Source: Synechococcus sp. (lineage in GTDB: Bacteria > Cyanobacteriota > Cyanobacteriia > Thermostichales > PCC-7336). Taken from it: DNA of 31,178 nucleotides. The stretch covers positions 1 to 31,178 of the forward strand of contig JBFRWD010000093.1 in NCBI GenBank assembly GCA_051439425.1. Reading direction: 5' to 3'. The notes under the pieces are model-generated. The model did no database searches, was not told where the DNA came from, and saw only the letters and a program-made list of their open reading frames with translations. A program made the position numbers and the translations under genes. This document shows, in pieces, positions 28,052 through 31,178 of the stretch (position 1 is the first letter of the stretch; every line of letters begins with the position of its first letter).

Positions 28052-29734
28052 ATGCTGACGGTATTGCGCATCGATAACTTTGCGCTGATCGAGCATCTCG
28101 AACTGGAATTTTCCGCCGGTCTCAACGTGCTCACCGGAGAAACGGGGGCGGGCAAGTCGATTATTTTGGATGCGCTGGATGCCGCTTTAGGAGGGACGGT
28201 ATCGGGTAAGTTGGTGCGCACGGGCAGTAAAAAAGCCACGATTGAAGCGGTATTTCAGCTCACAGAGCCGCTGCGCAACTGGTTGCAGCAGCAAGAAATC
28301 GACGACATTGACGAAGGGTTGGTGTGTTCGCGGGAAATAGGCGATCGCACCAGTCGCTCTCGCTTGAATGGTGTCTTGGTCAACCGACAGCAGTTGCAGG
28401 AGTTGCGGCGACAGCTGGTGGAGATTGCGGCCCAAGGACAAACGGTGCAATTGCAGGATAGCGGTACGCAACGACGTTGGTTGGATGGGTTTGGAGGAAC
28501 GCGGTTAGGGACTGCTCGCAATAAGGTCAGGGTTGCTTACGATCGCTGGGTGGCGGCTCGCAATGCGCTGGAGGATTTGCAGCAGCGGCAGCAGCAGAAA
28601 TTGCAGCAGCTCGATATGTACGAGTTTCAGCACAAGGAGCTATCGGAGGCAGAGCTAGAGTCTCCGGAGGAGCTAGAGGAACTGGCTCGGGAGATGGATC
28701 GCCTCTCCCACAGTGTGGAGTTGCAGCAGCAGAGTTATGACGCCTACAAGTTGCTGTACCAGGCGGATGCAGGGGAATCTGCCGCCGACTTATTGGGGCG
28801 AGCGGTGCAGGTGTTGGAGCACATGTGTCGGTTTGACCCGCAGGTGCAGGTGACATTAGACATGGTCAATAGTGCGGCCATTCAGGTGGCGGAGGCCAGT
28901 CGAGAGCTGAGTGCTTACGGCGAGACAGTGGATACCGATCCGGAACGGCTGGAGGAGGTAGGGCAAAGGATTGCACTGTTGAAACAGATCTGTCGCAAGT
29001 ACGGACCGACGCTAGCGGACGCGATCGCCTACGCCACCAAAGTGGAGCAAGAGCTACAGGGGCTGCAGGAAGAAGGCAGTGTGGAGGAGTTGCAGCAGCA
29101 GGAACAAGAATACCATCAAGAGCTGTTGGCAGAGTGCGATCGCCTGACGGAGCTGCGGCAGAAGGCGGGTGAAAAGTTACGCAAGCAACTGTTGGCGGAG
29201 TTGAAGCCGCTGGCGATGGCAGCCACCCAATTTGCCGTTGAGTTGCAGCGCGTTGCCCCTACCCCCGAGGGGCAGGACCGCGTCGTGTTTACCATCAGCC
29301 CCAATCCGGGGGAGCCGATGCAGCCGCTGGCAGATACGGCTTCTGGAGGTGAGATGAGCCGGTTTTTGCTGGCCATGAAGGCGGTATTTACGCGGGTGAA
29401 CCCGGTATCGACAATGGTGTTTGACGAGATTGATGTGGGGGTGTCGGGCAAGGTGGCTCAGGCGATCGCCGCTAAGTTGCACGACATCAGCCAAGGACAT
29501 CAAGTCTTGTGCGTCACCCACCAGCCTCTAGTAGCCGCAATGGCCGACAGTCATTTCCAAGTCAGCAAGTCAGTGCGCAAGAAGCGGACATTTGTGGGCG
29601 TTCAGATGTTGTCTGAAGAGCAGCAGCGACGGGATGAGCTGGCCCAATTGGCAGGGGGACAATCGGCACAGGATGCGTTGAATTTTGCCGAGGCATTGCT
29701 GGCACAGGCGGCAGAGTTGCGGCAGACGGCGTGA
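28052..29734 (+). CDS. recN: DNA repair protein RecN
   Basis: LRIDNFALI, LTGETGAGKSI, coiled coil, ASGGEMSR..LA, FDEIDVGVSG, QVLCVTHQP.VAA. Confidence 0.97.
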   Translation: MLTVLRIDNFALIEHLELEFSAGLNVLTGETGAGKSIILDALDAALGGTVSGKLVRTGSKKATIEAVFQLTEPLRNWLQQQEIDDIDEGLVCSREIGDRTSRSRLNGVLVNRQQLQELRRQLVEIAAQGQTVQLQDSGTQRRWLDGFGGTRLGTARNKVRVAYDRWVAARNALEDLQQRQQQKLQQLDMYEFQHKELSEAELESPEELEELAREMDRLSHSVELQQQSYDAYKLLYQADAGESAADLLGRAVQVLEHMCRFDPQVQVTLDMVNSAAIQVAEASRELSAYGETVDTDPERLEEVGQRIALLKQICRKYGPTLADAIAYATKVEQELQGLQEEGSVEELQQQEQEYHQELLAECDRLTELRQKAGEKLRKQLLAELKPLAMAATQFAVELQRVAPTPEGQDRVVFTISPNPGEPMQPLADTASGGEMSRFLLAMKAVFTRVNPVSTMVFDEIDVGVSGKVAQAIAAKLHDISQGHQVLCVTHQPLVAAMADSHFQVSKSVRKKRTFVGVQMLSEEQQRRDELAQLAGGQSAQDALNFAEALLAQAAELRQTA

Positions 29735-29793
29735 GGTTTGCTGTTTTTGTTGTGCAGGCACTGCAACATCGTTGCTTGCTATTGAACACATTT

Positions 29794-29881
29794 TCAGAGC
29801 CAGCCTGAGAGATGAGATTACCCCAGGCTGGCTGCAACGCCTTTGCCACTGATGGCATCCATCAGAGCCAGCCTGAGAGAT
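29794..29881. repeat. Direct repeat with nested inverted repeats downstream of recN
   Basis: TCAGAGCCAGCCTGAGAGAT at 29794-29813 and 29862-29881; inverted CAGGCTGGCT at 29824-29833; hairpin CTGATGG-CAT-CCATCAG at 29849-29865. Confidence 0.8.
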
Positions 29882-30173
29882 AAGCATGTCAAGGGGCGAT
29901 CGCGTTGGTATCGAATGCGATCTCCTATTAGTCCATCTGCGATCCCTTGCGTTGTAGATTTCGAAAAATGGGTTACCCAGACTACAAATTCTCTTAGGCT
30001 TGTATCAGCAATTACCGATCGGTTTTTGGTTTTTTCTCCAATAATTTTGGATAAAAATAGTCAGATTGACCCCCCTAGCCCTTGCCAAATCGGGCTTCTG
30101 AGGTCAAAATCCATTCATAGTAAAGTCTTTTTGAACGTTAATTCGTTCCGAATGTAACCATTGGAGTGGGGAA

Positions 30174-30452
30174 ATGAATAAAGGAGAGTTGGTTGAAGCG
30201 GTTGCCGCTGAGGCTGGTGTCAGCAAGAAGAATGCTGAAGAGATTTTGTCTGCCATGCTCGATGTAATCACGGGGGCTGTGGCCAGCGGCGATAAGGTTT
30301 CTCTGATTGGTTTCGGTTCGTTTGAACCCCGCCAGCGCAAGGCACGCGAGGGCCGCAATCCCAAGACAGGTGAGAAGTTGAAGATTCCCGCAACGGTTGT
30401 ACCTGCGTTTTCGGCAGGCAAAGGATTTAAGGAAGCAGTAGCGAAAGACTAA
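30174..30452 (+). CDS. hup: DNA-binding protein HU
   Basis: MNKGELV, GDKVSLIGFGSFE.R.RKAREGRNPKTGE...IPA..VPAFSAGK. Confidence 0.97.
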   Translation: MNKGELVEAVAAEAGVSKKNAEEILSAMLDVITGAVASGDKVSLIGFGSFEPRQRKAREGRNPKTGEKLKIPATVVPAFSAGKGFKEAVAKD

Positions 30453-30908
30453 TGAATGTTCGGTCGGGGGAAGGTTGGGTAGCAGCCAAGCCGCTTGACT
30501 GTGCCGACCCAATTGTTGCTTCAGCTGCTGTTGTCTCCCGGCTGTCTGCTGGCATCTAGTGTCTTTATGTCAGTTCCCCAGTACCGCTTGTTGGTGCTGG
30601 GGTTTTGCTATGTGCACATTACTGTGGCTGAATTGGGTGTTTGGGCCCTAGAGCAATCCCCTTACAGGGTGGACCGCATTATTGAGTCCGGTGGGAGCAG
30701 AAGTCAGTTCGAGAAACCTGCTTTACGAAGCCTTTCGTTCTCTGCATCTATGACAATCCGCTGTAGGGTCTGGAGGGTTAGGATCGCTAAAGTACTTGAT
30801 TTTCAAAGAGAAGTTGTCAATTGATATTGCCTGCAGATTTCGATTGAAGTTTGGGGAGGTGCTTGCGGGGTGGAGGTATAACCGTTGATGAGGGTTGGGG
30901 ATTGCAGT

Positions 30909-31178
30909 GTGGATTGCGATGAACTGCTGAGCATTATTGAACGGGCTGCGGAGGAAGGGTGGGAGAGACTAGATCTTTCTGGAAGAGGGATTACGGAGCT
31001 GCCGAGGGCGATCGGTAACTGTCAAAACCTGACTATGCTTCGCCTCAATTTCAATCAACTGACGGAGGTGCCAGCGAAGTTGGGTAATCTGCAAAGCCTG
31101 ACTTTGCTTCGCCTCGATTCCAATCAACTGACGGAGGTGCCAGCGGAGTTGGGTAATCTGCAAAGCCTGACTTTGCTT
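30909..31178 (+). CDS. Leucine-rich repeat protein, 5' part (runs off window; absent from ORF track)
   Basis: GTG start: MDCDELLSIIERAAEEGWERLDLSGRGITELPRAIGNCQNLTMLRLNFNQLTEVPAKLGNLQSLTLLRLDSNQLTEVPAELGNLQSLTLL; 23-aa LRRs and an N-cap like cyanobacterial LRR-Roc-COR proteins. Confidence 0.9.
   Translation, partial: MDCDELLSIIERAAEEGWERLDLSGRGITELPRAIGNCQNLTMLRLNFNQLTEVPAKLGNLQSLTLLRLDSNQLTEVPAELGNLQSLTLL
31038..31175 (+). repeat. 69-bp tandem repeat (LRR units)
   Basis: 31038-31106 and 31107-31175 differ at only 3 positions. Confidence 0.93.

Noticed and set aside
29794..29881. Possible mini-CRISPR array
   Set aside because: Only two 20-bp repeats; the spacer itself contains an inverted copy; no cas genes.
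30495..30824. 109-aa ORF after HU
   Set aside because: TTG start, no RBS or motif recognised; unsupported.
30969..31163. Minus-strand repetitive ORF
   Set aside because: Antisense of the plus-strand LRR gene.

Overview
Cyanobacterial chromosomal window (psbA fragment, chlB, Uma2 and pentapeptide proteins, frequent HIP1 GCGATCGC octamers) with three parts. (1) 1-2 kb: edge of a probable low-oxygen photosynthesis neighbourhood, with the 3' end of an acsF-like cyclase, a pentapeptide protein, an orphan 3' third of a D1'-type psbA with its terminator, and an ArsR regulator. (2) About 2.1-21.4 kb: an accessory region ending at tRNA-Ser(GCT) and a frameshifted tyrosine-integrase remnant. It holds many decayed genes (EAL, VapC, Uma2, TIR, IS5, IS630) plus one intact 11.6-kb nine-gene divergon. 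The divergon encodes two NitT/TauT-type ABC importers, a tandem nitrilase-fold protein with one degenerate domain, an M20 hydrolase lacking its C-terminal His ligand, an amidase-domain-only allophanate hydrolase, and a divergent biuret/triuret/guanylurea-hydrolase-family enzyme. It is the best candidate for an undescribed system: a scavenging pathway for an unknown ureide/carbamoyl-type nitrogen compound. (3) 21.6-31.2 kb: housekeeping genes (chlB, thiL, M16 peptidase, rpsF, recN, HU) and the start of an LRR protein with near-identical 69-bp repeats. All calls are from motif recognition by eye; no searches were run.
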